DNA of 64,000 bases from Psilocybe cubensis (Eukaryota). The notes beneath the pieces are model-generated. The model saw only the letters and a program-made list of their open reading frames with translations. It made no database searches and was not told the DNA's origin. Below, in pieces: positions 7,587-20,362 of the stretch. The DNA is taken from contig CM039005.1 in the NCBI GenBank assembly GCA_017499595.2, positions 868,001-932,000 of the forward strand, given 5' to 3'. Position 1 is the first letter of the stretch. Each line of letters begins with the position of its first letter. The translations under genes were made by a program, and so were the position numbers.

Positions 7587-10563
7587 CCCAAGCTGCAAAG
7601 AGTAATAGAACTAAGGTCTTGCATGCTTCTGTTATACGCAATCCACAGCAGTCACGGTTGAGTAGCATTGGATAACCAGGTACAAGAACTGTTCGACTGT
7701 TCGACAATCTCCCCAGGAATATGAGGCCTTACGAGTACCAGGGTTCTACACGATAGGATAACAGTCATTGGCTGCCACCGTCTATAGCGGGTTGATTGGG
7801 CAACAGGATTCACATGTCGACATGCCTCGGGATCAAATCGAGGTTCAAGGCGCTCGTATTAAGTTTATAGCAGTCATCGAGAAATCAACGCCCTTGGTCG
7901 TCAGAGGGCATATATAGATCGAGAAGAAGATTTATAAGATCCAGTAGTGTGGGGCGGTCCTGAGTGGATTCGATACTCAAGGTTCGGATTGCTGGACGGG
8001 CCCATGTTTGTGATGATTGTGCAAAGCGATAAATCGAGGATATACAGGCTTCGTAAGGCCTCTTTAAGCCATATACTTGTTGGTGGTCCGAGTGCCCATT
8101 GAGCCGAATCCCAGAGAGACATGTTCATACACTACAAGATGTGCACAAGGGTGCCCAATAATTAAGAACCAGGACAGAAAATGGGAGATGAGACACAGTT
8201 AAAGAGGCTTGGAAACCATTCTAGATGGTCGCACCGACATCGCGACTTCATTTCAACGAGAGGTTGACTGACATACAGTTCTGCACATTGAGTCACCACC
8301 AGTGTCATCCCCGCTGACTTGACGGGTCTTTCAACCTGAAACCGTCGTCTTATTGCCAATGAGTCATGGACATCTCGGTCGTGAGTTGTTTATTTCGTAC
8401 TGTGGGTGGAGGAGGCGGTGAAACCGGTTAGGATACAGATGGCGCAACATGAAGTAAAGAAGAAATGTAATACTTTGGTCAGAAACTTCACTTCGAGCGG
8501 AATCTAAAAATAGTCTCACGCTGCTTTGTCATTCGAACCCAACCATCTACAGTTTTACGACCAAGTCTGCTGTAATCACGGTCATACGATGCTTTGCTGT
8601 GTCGAAACACCCCAATCCTAAGACGATTCGATATTTTGCCATCGCGGTTCCACTTTCTCGTCGTTCCATGACTATTCTTCCTGTAATCTAGGAAGACCTC
8701 ACTACAGCCTACAGCTTCGTCTAAAGTGGCGTAGTTATCTCGACCGATTGGATAAAATGAATCGGATGGTTTCTCTGGGACTACTTTCTCTGTTCACATG
8801 TGAGGTAACTATCGTTTGGCTTCTTCTTTCGAGATGCTCAACTCTGAGACCCGTGTTAAAAGCTGTACGAAATGCGTGCATCGACGTCTTCCCTGGATTG
8901 GCGATATTTCACACTTTGCGTCGCTGGATCTATGAAGATCGTGATTTTCATCTGACTTACAGCAGGTAAGGACGCATGGTGTCCTCGGGAAATGTAATTT
9001 GTGGAGCTCTCTGATACTGAGGTATGTTGAAAGCTGTTTAGTATTGCATGAGCTGGTATGGCTAACCGTAGTTCATCAGATTTCAATACATCCCTGTTCG
9101 TTGCAACTTGTGAATTCACCAGCAGCTTACGCCCATCGGTCCTTCTCTCATACTCATGTACAAGCCTTCACGATCCCAACAAACTTTCACAGGCATTCTC
9201 TGAGCCTCGCACAAATGACCGATCTTCTGGATCGGGGAATATTGCACGGTCTTTCTTGATAACAATGAATTCTTCCACTGCATACCACACGCGCTATCGC
9301 TTGCCTTCGTCCTCGAATTCATGAAAAGTGGAGTGTCGCCTCGCTTGTATCTGTTGCTAATATCGGTCATATGGGTACATAAACACATACAACGCTTGAT
9401 CAAATTGGTTCTCATTTGCGATGTCTATGGGAGTGGCTTTCGTATTTGTGCTGGACTCCTGTCTCTCTATAATGTCCGTTATTGCAAGAATTCAAAATCA
9501 TCATGTGCGTCGTCTGTTCATCTTCTCCTTCTTCCTTTTTGACAAAATAGATGCATATATGTCCATACAGAGTATTCTTGCCGCTGGGTGTCCGCGCCCG
9601 TAAGACAGACGCAGGAGAAACAATGCGGTGATCTCTCGACGTGGTGGCAAGACAGGCTGAATGCATGCCCAGGAGGACCTGATTTTCAGCCTCATGGCAA
9701 ATTCTCAACCCCAGATCCTGGTATCTAGAACGTTTCCACCGTTTTTGGGCGCATAAAGGATGTTGATTTCCTAATTTGCTATAGTTTTTCTTGCTCTCAA
9801 GCTTGCAGGACCCTCATTGTGTCGTCCAGATGGTTCGCCCGAAAATGCTCCTAAATTGAGCACATTTTTCATTTCTACATATTGTGTAGATCCCTTTCAA
9901 ATCGAGGACATTAATTTCATAGCCGTTATTTGCGCCACCTAGCGTCAAGTATCCTTCACCTACCGGATATCAAATCCATTCGCAATGATTCAACACCTAT
10001 AGCGTCCACTTTCGATATAAAAATGAAATACGTCCGATACATGCTGCAATAATGCTGAAAGCGTGGGTTTTATACCTTCAGTGTTTTCATGGTTTCGTAT
10101 GTGTCAGGTTAGTTTCGCAAGTCCGTCACGCACCACAGGTTAAAATTAATAAATTTACTGAAGTGTTGTATATCGAAAATGGCTTTGAAGCCTATTTTTT
10201 AATTGGCCAAAGATAGGGGATTCTTTCGGTGTGCAAAGCCGACTGATACGAGGAAGACCGTACTGTTCTGGACTAGTTATTAGTGGCAAGGCTAGCCCAA
10301 AATGCCAGATTTATCATTGTTCGACAAGCACGGCATAATGAATTGATAATCGCGGCACGCGTAAAGCCTGCAGTGCAGACGACCGAACAAGGTGGGTAAC
10401 ATCAGGCTGTCAGCGTTTACGCAGCTGACATGGATTGTAAAGATAGAAAGTTTTCCCATCCTGACAACGACAAACCCTTCACAACCTCGGCCCCCACCTT
10501 TCAACACCCAACCACAACAAGTCCTCGTCTTCGTTCGGTAGAAACTTACCTCTGTGTATCATA

Positions 10564-13500
10564 ATGCCTGAACAGTCCAAGCCTTCCACCCCCACGAGTT
10601 TCCAGCCGAATGCTGGAAGTATCGCCAATTTTTTTCGCCCTAACCGAGCTGCGCCTAATATCGGCAATGCCCTGGTCCTCTCGAGTTTCACTGGCCTGGC
10701 GCCTGTTGACTCTCAATCGATCGCCCGTTTAACAAGTGCGCTAGAGAGCTCTTCCGATGCTACCGGTATGGGCCTCGGCCAGGTTATGCTTGCTCTTAGG
10801 ATTTTATCGTCTGTTGGAGATGGCATGGCGCCTTTTCCAGCCTTAAAGGGCATTGCAGGGATTGGCCTTGAAATTATGAATGTTATAGTCGTAAGCCGTG
10901 ATGTCTTAAACGAAGGTATCGGTCTGATAATTAATCTTTCCATGCAGAACTTCCAAAGCAATGGGGACGCTATGCGTGCTCTTGCTCTTCGTATCTACGA
11001 GATGATTCGCACCATTAACGAAGGTAGTCAAAATGGAAGCAACGAGAGCCTTCGTACACTTACAGACCAGTTTGAACGGTGGGAACTTGTTTATTTTTTG
11101 AAGAATTGTCTCTCTTAGTCTTATATGCTACCAGCGATCTTTGCAAGATTCTTAACATTGTCAAAGATATGGCTTCCCAGAACATCGGTCATCAAGTCAT
11201 ACGTGCAGAAGTCATCAAGGCGAAGCTTATTGATTGTACAAAGCTACTTGATCAATATACGGATAAATTTCAGGTAGACCATGGCCCTTGTATTTACAGT
11301 ATGATCTTTTCTTACACATCCATCTTTAATAGGTTGCGCTCGGGATAAATCAACAACAAATCCTTGTTCGTCAACAAGAAAATCTCTCTCGTCAACAGGA
11401 GAGTGTTGATAAGATTGTGGCTATGCTTGAGGTGAATTGCATTGAAAATTAAAAAATAACACGGAACTAAAATACACGTCTAGAAGCATACCCTGTCGAC
11501 CCCTGTAAACAAGTGTGTTAATTGTTGACTTCGGTCTGTCGAATCAAAATTGACAGTTTGTCGTAGCTTGCTCATTTCTGCAATTGCGCCCGCTCCACCG
11601 ATGCACTTTGTGGGACGAGATGATCTTGTCCTTGAAGGAATATCCCACATAACTGATGCAAATCTTACTTCTTCGGCACACATTGCAATTCTTGGCCATG
11701 GTGGTATTGGTAAAACTAGTCTGGCGCTGGCCATTCTACACCATGATATGTCCAAGGCTGCATTTTCGGGACGTCGCTTCTTTATTCCGTGCGAATATCT
11801 GAAGACCGGCCTTGATCTCGCTCAGGCAATCATTCATATTCTCGGTGGCTCTATGCTAGGCCAGGAAAGCGACGGCCTTACTGTTCTTCGACAACAGCTT
11901 TCCAACTTTGGTGAAATGCTGCTTGTGATTGATAACTTTGAAACCCTCTGGCACGAGAGTACTTCACTTGCTCAAATCAAAGTGGCCTTGGAGACCATCA
12001 TGTCTGTCTCATCTGTTTCAGTAATTGTGACTATGAGAGGCTTTGAGCCACCATCTGGATTTAATTGGAGTTTAATTCTGCCACCTCAAGGTTTAGGTCC
12101 TCTTTCACTTGATGCAGCCAAACACATGTATATGCGGGGTCAGTATATGGTGCCAGAAAGCTTTGAATGGAATAGGGATCTTGAACTTCTCCTTACTGAA
12201 ACTGATTGTGTTCCTTTGGCTATATCTCTTTTATCTGCACTTGCTCATTCAGATCCTCGGGTATATACACCTACTAGACTATTGCAGCGGTGGACAAAGA
12301 CCAAAACCAACCTATTGAAAATTCCTGGAGTACAAAGTAATAAAATGGCAAGTGTTGCCATATCAATTGATGTATCTTTGCATTCAAAAGCTATAGCAGA
12401 GAATCCTGATACTCTGATATTGCTCCAAATTCTTGCTTTTTTACCAGAAGGTCTTCCTTATTGGGATGAATTGGTTGAATACATTATACCAGACACCCGG
12501 ATAGAGGATCCATTTGGCACAGTGGAGATTTTATGCCAAACATCTTTAATTTTCAAAGCAGATAATAATTCATTGGCATTGCTATCACCAACAAGACATT
12601 ATATTAATCAACAAAGCCTTGTTGAAAAATCCCAATTCAACAATGATATTCAACAGATTTATAACTTTGTCCAACTATGTATTGCCAATGGAATGGAAAA
12701 TTTAATTAAATTTGGGGTGGCAAATATTACTCAAGTTATTGAACATTTCCTAGTTTTGCATCCTACTACTGAAAATGTGCAAACTGCTTTGCATTGCTCT
12801 GAAGTTCTATTCCAACATGCACAGTATATGTCCAATTTAATGAATACTATTACCAATATGGCTGAAAAATTGAATATACCACAACTCCTTGTCAAATGTG
12901 TAGTCCATCAACGTGATATATTAATGGCCTTAAATATGTGGATGGATGCAGAACAAAAAAGTCAACTAGGCTATATTCTTTATCAAAAACTTGGTGATAA
13001 TGCTGGAATGGCTGAGTGTCTCCACAATATTGGGCATAATATGAAAATGCAAAGCAAATATAGTGAAGCTATTGAAATGCATACATTGGCATATGAGATT
13101 TATATCAAACTGGGAAAACTAAAGCAAACAGCAAATAGCTTAAAAGCTATTGGAAACAATTTATGGGTATTGCATAAACATGAGCAGGCAATTGAGAAAT
13201 TAACTGAGGCATTAACCATTTATACCCAGTTAAAGGATTTAAATGGTATGGGACATTGCATGAAAGGTATAGGTAATAATTTGAGGGCAGAAAAAAATTA
13301 TTCAGAAGCAATTAAAATGCATACAGCTGCGTATAACTATTATTATCAAAAGAAAAATAAAGAAGGCATGGCTGGAGCCTTAAATTGCTTAGGAGATGAT
13401 TTTCGCATGATACAAGAATATGAAAAAGCAGCTGAAAAACACACAGAAGCATACAATATTTTTAAGGAAATCAATAATACTTTGGGATTGGCTGCATCTC

Positions 13501-13781
13501 TTGATAGCCATGGTGATACATTAAGACTCCAGGGTGACTATGCAAAAGCAGCTATAAAACATGAAGAAGCATATAAAATTTTTGTCAAATATCAATATTG
13601 GCATGGTATTGGAAATAGCCTCAATAGCATGGGAGACAATTATAAAGAGCAAAAAAAATATCCAGAGGCAAAAGAAAAATATCAAGCTGCTTATGATATT
13701 TTCAAATCACTTGACAACAAAAGCAAAATGGAAAAATGTGATGAGAATTTAAAAGAAATTGCTCAATATATTTATAACTAA
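10564..13781 (+). CDS. NLR-like STAND protein A: MLKL-like N-terminal helical domain, P-loop NTPase, TPR array
   Basis: Exon model about 10564-10890, 10948-11078, 11135-11273, 11333-11431, 11484-11512, 11567-13781 with GT-AG introns. Walker A GHGGIGKT, Walker B LLVIDNFE, VTMRG, CVPLAI, and about seven 40-aa TPR units. The N-terminal PFPALKGIAGIGLEI...NGDAMRALALRI resembles fungal MLKL-NTD-like domains. Confidence 0.88.
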
Positions 13782-13822
13782 AATCATTTCACAAGGCTGG
13801 ATGGTATTTTAATTTTTGTAAG

Positions 13823-16800
13823 CTAGCTAGACTGCACTTGTTTTTCTAAATACATTTTTATGTTTTCCATATTTTGAATAATTTGAGCCACTTTGCCTTT
13901 GTTTCCTACTTGATCAAATATCTGGTAAGCTGCTTGGTATTTTGAATAAGCTTCTAAATACTTGTGTTGCATTTTCAAATTATTAGCTGTGCTATAAAGA
14001 CAATTTCCCATTCCATGAAAATATTGAAATCTTTTAAAAATTATAAAAGCTTCATGGTGTTTTTGTGCAGCTTTTTCATATTGCTCTTGCATACTTAGAA
14101 CATCACCTAAACTGTCTAAAGAAGCAGCCATCCCAAGTTCATTTTTAAGACTAGAATAAATCTCTAATGCAGCTGCATGCTTTTGAATAGCCTCATTATA
14201 TTTTTCCAAAGAAAGTAAATCATCTCCTATGCATATAAGGCAGTCTGCTATTCCCTCTTTATTATTTGTCTTAATAAAAAGATTATATGCAGTCTGATGA
14301 ACTTTTAATGCTTCAGCATATTCTTTTTGGGACCGTAAAGTGTTGCCTAGCCCTTTCAAAGTAATTGCCATCCCCTTAACATTGTGGATATTTGAATAAA
14401 TCTCATATGCTAAATTGAGATTTTTAGCTGCATCTGCATACTGGCCTAGGGATCTTAAAATAGTTCCAGTAGCCTTTAAAGAACTTGCTAAACCGTGCTG
14501 ATTACCAAGAATTAAATAAATAGCATAGGCACTATTGTGACATTTAATAGCTTCCACATACTTGCTCTGCATTTTTAATGCATGGCCTTGAGCTTGTAAT
14601 GATTTTGCTATTTCCAATTGATTTTTGGATTGACTATATAGCTCATATGCCATTCTGCATTGTTCTTCTGCCATAGCCCATAAATTCATGCCCATAAGAA
14701 GATTATTATAATGGAGAAGATATCCAGCTAGAAGACTCTTTGGTGCATCTATATTTTTAATAATTGGTATAATTTGCTCAACCATGCTTGACAAATTCAT
14801 TTGAAGCTCAGACTCCAAATATTCTGATAACTTCAGTACAGATTGTGCAAGCTCCAAGGTTGGCCTGATTGACACAAGCCTTATTAAAATCTCCGAAATA
14901 TTAGCCTTTCCAAGCAATGCAATATGGTTGGACTGAGATTGCATACAGTCATGCATAAACTTGTAGATAATCTCCAGGTCTTTCTCCAACCAGATAGAGT
15001 TGAATTGTTTCTGTGCTTGAATATAGTAGCGTGTTGGAGAAAGCATAGTCACAGAATTATGAGATGATTTATATACTAGAGCCGCTCTGCATAGGACGTC
15101 GACTGCCACATACGGATCTGCTATTCCGGGCACAAGGTCTTCCAAAATGATATCCCAATGAGGAATGCCTTCAGGCAGAAAGGCAATAATTGCTAACAAA
15201 CGTGTGGCATCTACACAATCAGTTATAGCAGGAACCCGAAGAGACAATTCAATGGATACAGCAATGCTTGTTAATTTGGTTTGCTCTGTGGTTGATATTT
15301 GTAGCAGCTCTGTTTTTATCGCACACCATTTGGCATAGAGCTCTGCACAGGTGAACTGCCCTCGAAGAACAGAAAGCAATGAAATTACAAGAGGGATACA
15401 ATTGGTTTCAACAAGGAGTTGGTCAAGGTCATGCTCTGATTCAGATATTGAAGGAGCCAGATTACTTGGGAGACCATTTTTTAGAAACATATCTTTAGCA
15501 GCGTTGAGTGCAAGAGGTCCTAACCCCTCAGGCGGCAGGATTAAACTCCAAGAGGTATTGTGTGGCGGTATATCACCTCTCATTGTAAGTATCAAAGCAA
15601 GCGATTGGGCAGAAAAAACAAGTTCCAGAACCCTTTGCACCTCTGTAAGCGAAGAGCTTCCAAGCCACAATGTTTCAAAATTATCAATGACGAGCAAAAT
15701 GTTTCCTGCGTAGATTAGCTGTTGAGAGAGCTTTGCCAAGATGTCTTGTTCGTCCACAACCATGAAGCTGCCACCGAGGGTAGAGATGATGGCTAGGGCA
15801 AGGTCAAGGCCGGATTTAAGTCCCTCACAGGACACGAAGAACCTTTTGTCGCCAAAGGCTGTCCGAACACTGTCAGCATGTACTGTAGCAAGAGCAAGAC
15901 TGGTTTTCCCCATGCCTCCAAGGCCGAGGATGATCACACGGGCACTCGGCGTCTGCAGGATATGTTCTACGCCATGATGGACGAGGTCATCCCTTCCAAC
16001 AAAATGAGAAGGTGGAAGAGGAAGATGTCCAGAATCCTTGGAAGGGAACAATAAGACTCGATCCTGCACAAAGCAAACCAGTTGTGAAAATCGTGAGCTG
16101 ACATACAAGATGGAAAACCATCACCTTTGATATATTGGAAATATGACCTTTGCTAACAGCCAAATCCGCCAACTGGGCGTCCTGCCGTACTAACATCTGC
16201 TGCTTGTGTTTGAGAAGGCTCGTCTTCGAGATAGATTAAGCTATAGTTCAAAAGCTTCATAATACGAACGTACCTTGATCTTGTCCACATATCCATTGAG
16301 TATTATATCACACTCAGCCAGCTGAACGCTGGCAGCTTCGGGGTGGATAAGATGCTGGACTGTATTTTCCTTCCCCACAGCCGTTACAATCTCGAAAATC
16401 TTGGAAAAATCACTGCATCGTCGTTTCAGCTCGGGAAATTTCGAGCAAAGATTGAATCGCAATTCACTAACCGTTTAAGTTCCGAGAACTCTAAATGACT
16501 GTTGATATCCACCCCGGCCTTCGACACATCAAATAGCATACGAACTAGATCGTATGTACGAAAAGCAACTGGACGGGATTTGGCTCGATTTTTGACCGCC
16601 AGCTAAATACGTCAAAAGATGAGTGTGCGATTTACGCCGGGGTGCCACATAAGCAACACAGGATCAAGCTACTAAAACGGTGAAGGAACTTACGTCGGCG
16701 GCATCGATGATTGTCAGCGCCAGCTTAGCCAGATCCTGGCACTCTGCAAAATTCACAGACTGTTCGTTTTCATAATGATCAGCTCGCAAGGACGCAAGTA

Positions 16801-17092
16801 TTCGCAGACCGAGTCTAGCTTGATCAAAATCAATGGGGTCGACGGGCATGTTTGCATTGACGCTGTCGATCGCAGAGGGCAAAAGAGCGAGACCGTCGAT
16901 TGCAATCGGAGCTGCAATGGAGATCCCAGAACGCACAAGTGCGTTACCTATGTGTGGCGCAGAGATGCTGGGCGTATAGGGGTGCAGGAGGCCACCCATA
17001 ACGTCAGCTGAGTGCGCAGTCGATGATGAAGTGCGCGAATGAGCACTAATGGATTCGGATTTAGAGTCGGTGGGTTTATTGTTGCTGGCCAT
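13823..17092 (-). CDS. NLR-like STAND protein B, paralog of A
   Basis: Spliced gene from ATG 17092 (track ORFs 16664..17092, 16241..16462, 13823..16108). Walker A GLGGMGKT, Walker B LLVIDNFE, LTMRG, CIPLVI; the TPR array is colinear with gene A. Confidence 0.87.
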
Positions 17093-18159
17093 GATGTTCT
17101 TTCCAGGCGCGGAATGCTGAAGCTGATTAATTTCTTATCGATTGACGGTTGAGATGATGGTGGATCTGGTAAGAGGTGTGAGAAACGGAGTGGTACGGTG
17201 ACGATGACTGGTCTGCTATAATTAACCTCTCGTCCGTGTAGGATAACAATCGATATTTCGATTTTCACGACTTCAACACCGCATTAATCCAATATCAAGA
17301 GTGCATGATGCAATAGTTCCAAATAGGCAGAGCTAGCGCAGATGGTAATGCGCCCAGCTTGTGGTGGTATCATGGTGAATGTAGATGTTGTAACCGCGGA
17401 GCAATTATGAACAGAGGCATGATGTTTTTATCTGGTCGTCATTCCTGGTGTCGTAGAGTGTCCTAGTGTGAGACTAGAGTTTGAACGCAAACGGAGCAAA
17501 AAGCAGACCGACAGATTGAAAGAAATGCCTTACTAGATCAGTCTGCAGGTTCCGGGAAGTCTTTCGCATTGTAAGGGATAGTTAGATGTTGAACAGCGTG
17601 AATGTACTGAATTTGTGACCAAAGCGAATTTCGGCAGGAGCACTGGAAAAGGAGTTGATCTTTTTGTTGAACTCCGTTCATTAACGCTACAAGCAAAGAA
17701 AGTGGTAATATGCGTGGGTGTATAGCTGCATCGTAAATACGAACTGTCGGATGTCTTTGAGTTTTTAGTTTGACAAAAAGTAGAGGTGAAGAATCCAGGT
17801 TGCCGTTGAAAATTGGTTTTGAAATTTGTAGATTCAACGCTTTCTGTCGGCTAGTATTACCACAAGCTTTTCAACTCCGACGTGACTAGCCGTTCGTTCC
17901 AGAGTCATTATTAGTTATAGCTTATATAGCGTGTATACATTGTACGAAGACTCAAACCACAATTGATCGCACACCACACCCGATTCCAAATCAAACATAG
18001 GACATCACTGCGAAAAGAGATCACCAGATATCAATCTTGTGGGTATAAATTGAGCGGGGAGTATTCCATAATATTGACCTCTCTACTGCCCCTAAGTAGT
18101 TACAAATACGTTACATATCTAACTTCAAAGATATGACGGGTATTAGGTCGGATATTCCA

Positions 18160-18759
18160 TTAGTAAGGGGCAGCAGCGGCTTGGCACTATATGCAGTGTA
18201 AGTACATATCAGAATTACAGCAGAAAGGGTTACTCACAGCCTTCAATTGCTCAAGGTACCATGTGCACGATGGGAGGTCAGCCTTCTCGAGGCATTTTGT
18301 GAAGTCTTTGTAATCGGGTCATTGTAAGGCCGGAGTTACGAGGTAAGAGAACATACCCTTGGCCTGAACTTCACAGCTAATACCTGCCTGCTGCTGTTGT
18401 TGAACAGGAGGTGCCTGCGCTTCCGAAGCCTGTGTGCTTCCTCCTCCTCCAAAGAGCATGCTCGACAAACCATGGCCGATCGTTGAACCAACAGCTACTG
18501 AACCAGCTGTGGCAGCCATCTGGGCGAGCATTCCTGGACCCTGGGCAGGAGCAGCAGAAGCAGCGGTCGCAGCCGCAGGGGGTGCAGGTGCATGGGTAGG
18601 GGCGTAGCTAGAAGGAGCTGTGGCTGTTGAAGCGCTGCGAGTTTGGGCAGGAGCAGGAGCTGAACGGGCAGCGGGAGCTGAAGCACGGCTACGGGATTGA
18701 CGCTAGCAAACTCTTTAGAATGCGAAGCCCACTTGAAATACAAAAAAACCCACAGGCAT
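18160..18759 (-). CDS. MIX17: Mitochondrial CHCH-domain protein (Mix17/CHCHD2-like)
   Basis: Spliced product MPRQSRSRA...[26 protein letters not shown]...CEVQAKDFTKC...[11 protein letters not shown], with twin CX9C. First exon is 6 nt (ATGCCT). Confidence 0.88.
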
Positions 18760-18978
18760 TATGAGGAGACAAAGATCGTAGTTGTTGGTGGTGGTGGTTG
18801 AGAATCAAGTCGGAAACTGGAGAACACTAAGGAAATTTAGAATGTTTTCGCCGGGACGCGTGGCCGAACGGTGCCGATGACAAATAATGGTAAGCAAAAA
18901 ATCCGGAAATGTGCTCGCAAGGTCACTGGCACTGGGCAACTGCAAAACTTGGATTATATCTCTACCAACGGCGACGCC
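18760..18978. promoter_or_regulatory. Short bidirectional promoter region between two mitochondrial genes
   Basis: Only 219 bp separate the divergent ATGs at 18759 (-) and 18979 (+). Confidence 0.5.
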
Positions 18979-20362
18979 ATGGCTCTAGGTTTGTCCAGGT
19001 CACGTATTGGGGTCGTCCTGAACCAGCAGGGGCTCTCAGTTCGCCTCGCGTCGCCGTTACAGGCTGCATCATGCGTGCATTCCGGCATTGCCCTTTCTCG
19101 AACTTACACAACAGCCAGTGCGTCTTTGACCAAAAAGACTCCAGTTACGGCAAAAGGGACAAGAAAAGATGCACACCTATCACCCCCACCTCCTAAACAG
19201 AAAGCTGCTTCTCGAAATCCGCCAAAAAAAGCTACATCTCGAGAAATGGAGAGCGCAAAACATGTCGCCGACGAAGAACCTCTACCAACGAAAATATCCG
19301 AAGAGGAAAAGCTCAAGGAGGTGGAACGAATGTTGGCATTCCAGCACCTTATGCCTACTGTTGATGCATGGGGGCAAGAGATCAAGGAAACACTAGGTGG
19401 GTGTTTCTGTGTTCTTGTGCACATTCTGGCTATTGGCGTTTATGTCGAATAAGAAAGATGTTATGATACCTCTGTCTGTCAATTATAGAGAGCCTAAAGC
19501 AGCTTTCAGTTCCCTGCAGAAAAACGTAATCAATTCTCTCAAAAACATCTCGTCGTGAGTAATTTCTCCTTGTGTATCCCATGCACCAGACTGCACCAGA
19601 CTAACCACGGTGGGATAATTAGACTCGCAGCGCTGATAAATGAAAATGCTTTACCTGGTCTTTATCACGGTTCTGGATTCATGGCACGGATACGCCAAAT
19701 GATGCAAATCTTTAGGACACAATCTGTCGAGGCAGATGCAATAATGGCACCAGTGCGCGAGATGGCACTTAATAATTACCAAGCTCTTAATAACGCTATT
19801 GCAAGGTAAGTCAACGTCTACTATTTTTCTCGAACCACCTACTGATTTTCTATAGCCGTGCTGATAAAGAAGTGAGAAAATACACAACGTCTGGTTACCT
19901 CAACCAGTCTCTCCAATTGTCCAAAACGTTCAGGTCGAAGATCCCTCCCAAAGGTCGCATGATATGGCAAATGCACCGAACGATCACACCAGTCCAAGTT
20001 TTGTCGTTGCGGGTGACGGAAGGTTATCTTGCCCCAGAACCACCTAAACTTGGGAATCGATTAATGGTGCATGCGTTAGTCAAGTTTGACACAGAACAAG
20101 TACGCTTTATTCAATATTTGTTGCCGCAATTGTATGCGTATTTATTTTGACCTCGTGACAGAGTTTGGAAATATACGACGCAAGGGGTAATCCGCTGCAC
20201 ACTGTTGTGACCAACCCGGATCGTATGATAGACAGTGAGCAACCCAAGGAAAGTTGGCGTGTACCAGCACCCCGGAAGCGTGTCACCGAATATCTAGTCT
20301 TGGAAAAGAAAATGTGGCATCAAGGACCTTGGCAATTCCGAGAACAGCTATGGCCATTTTGA
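18979..20362 (+). CDS. Mitochondrial Tim44-like domain protein (Mba1/mL45-like)
   Basis: Arg/Ser-rich presequence-like N-terminus; spliced exons; C-terminal VHALVKFDTEQ...EIYDARG...RVTEYLVLEKKMW..PW resembles the Tim44-like fold. Confidence 0.7.
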
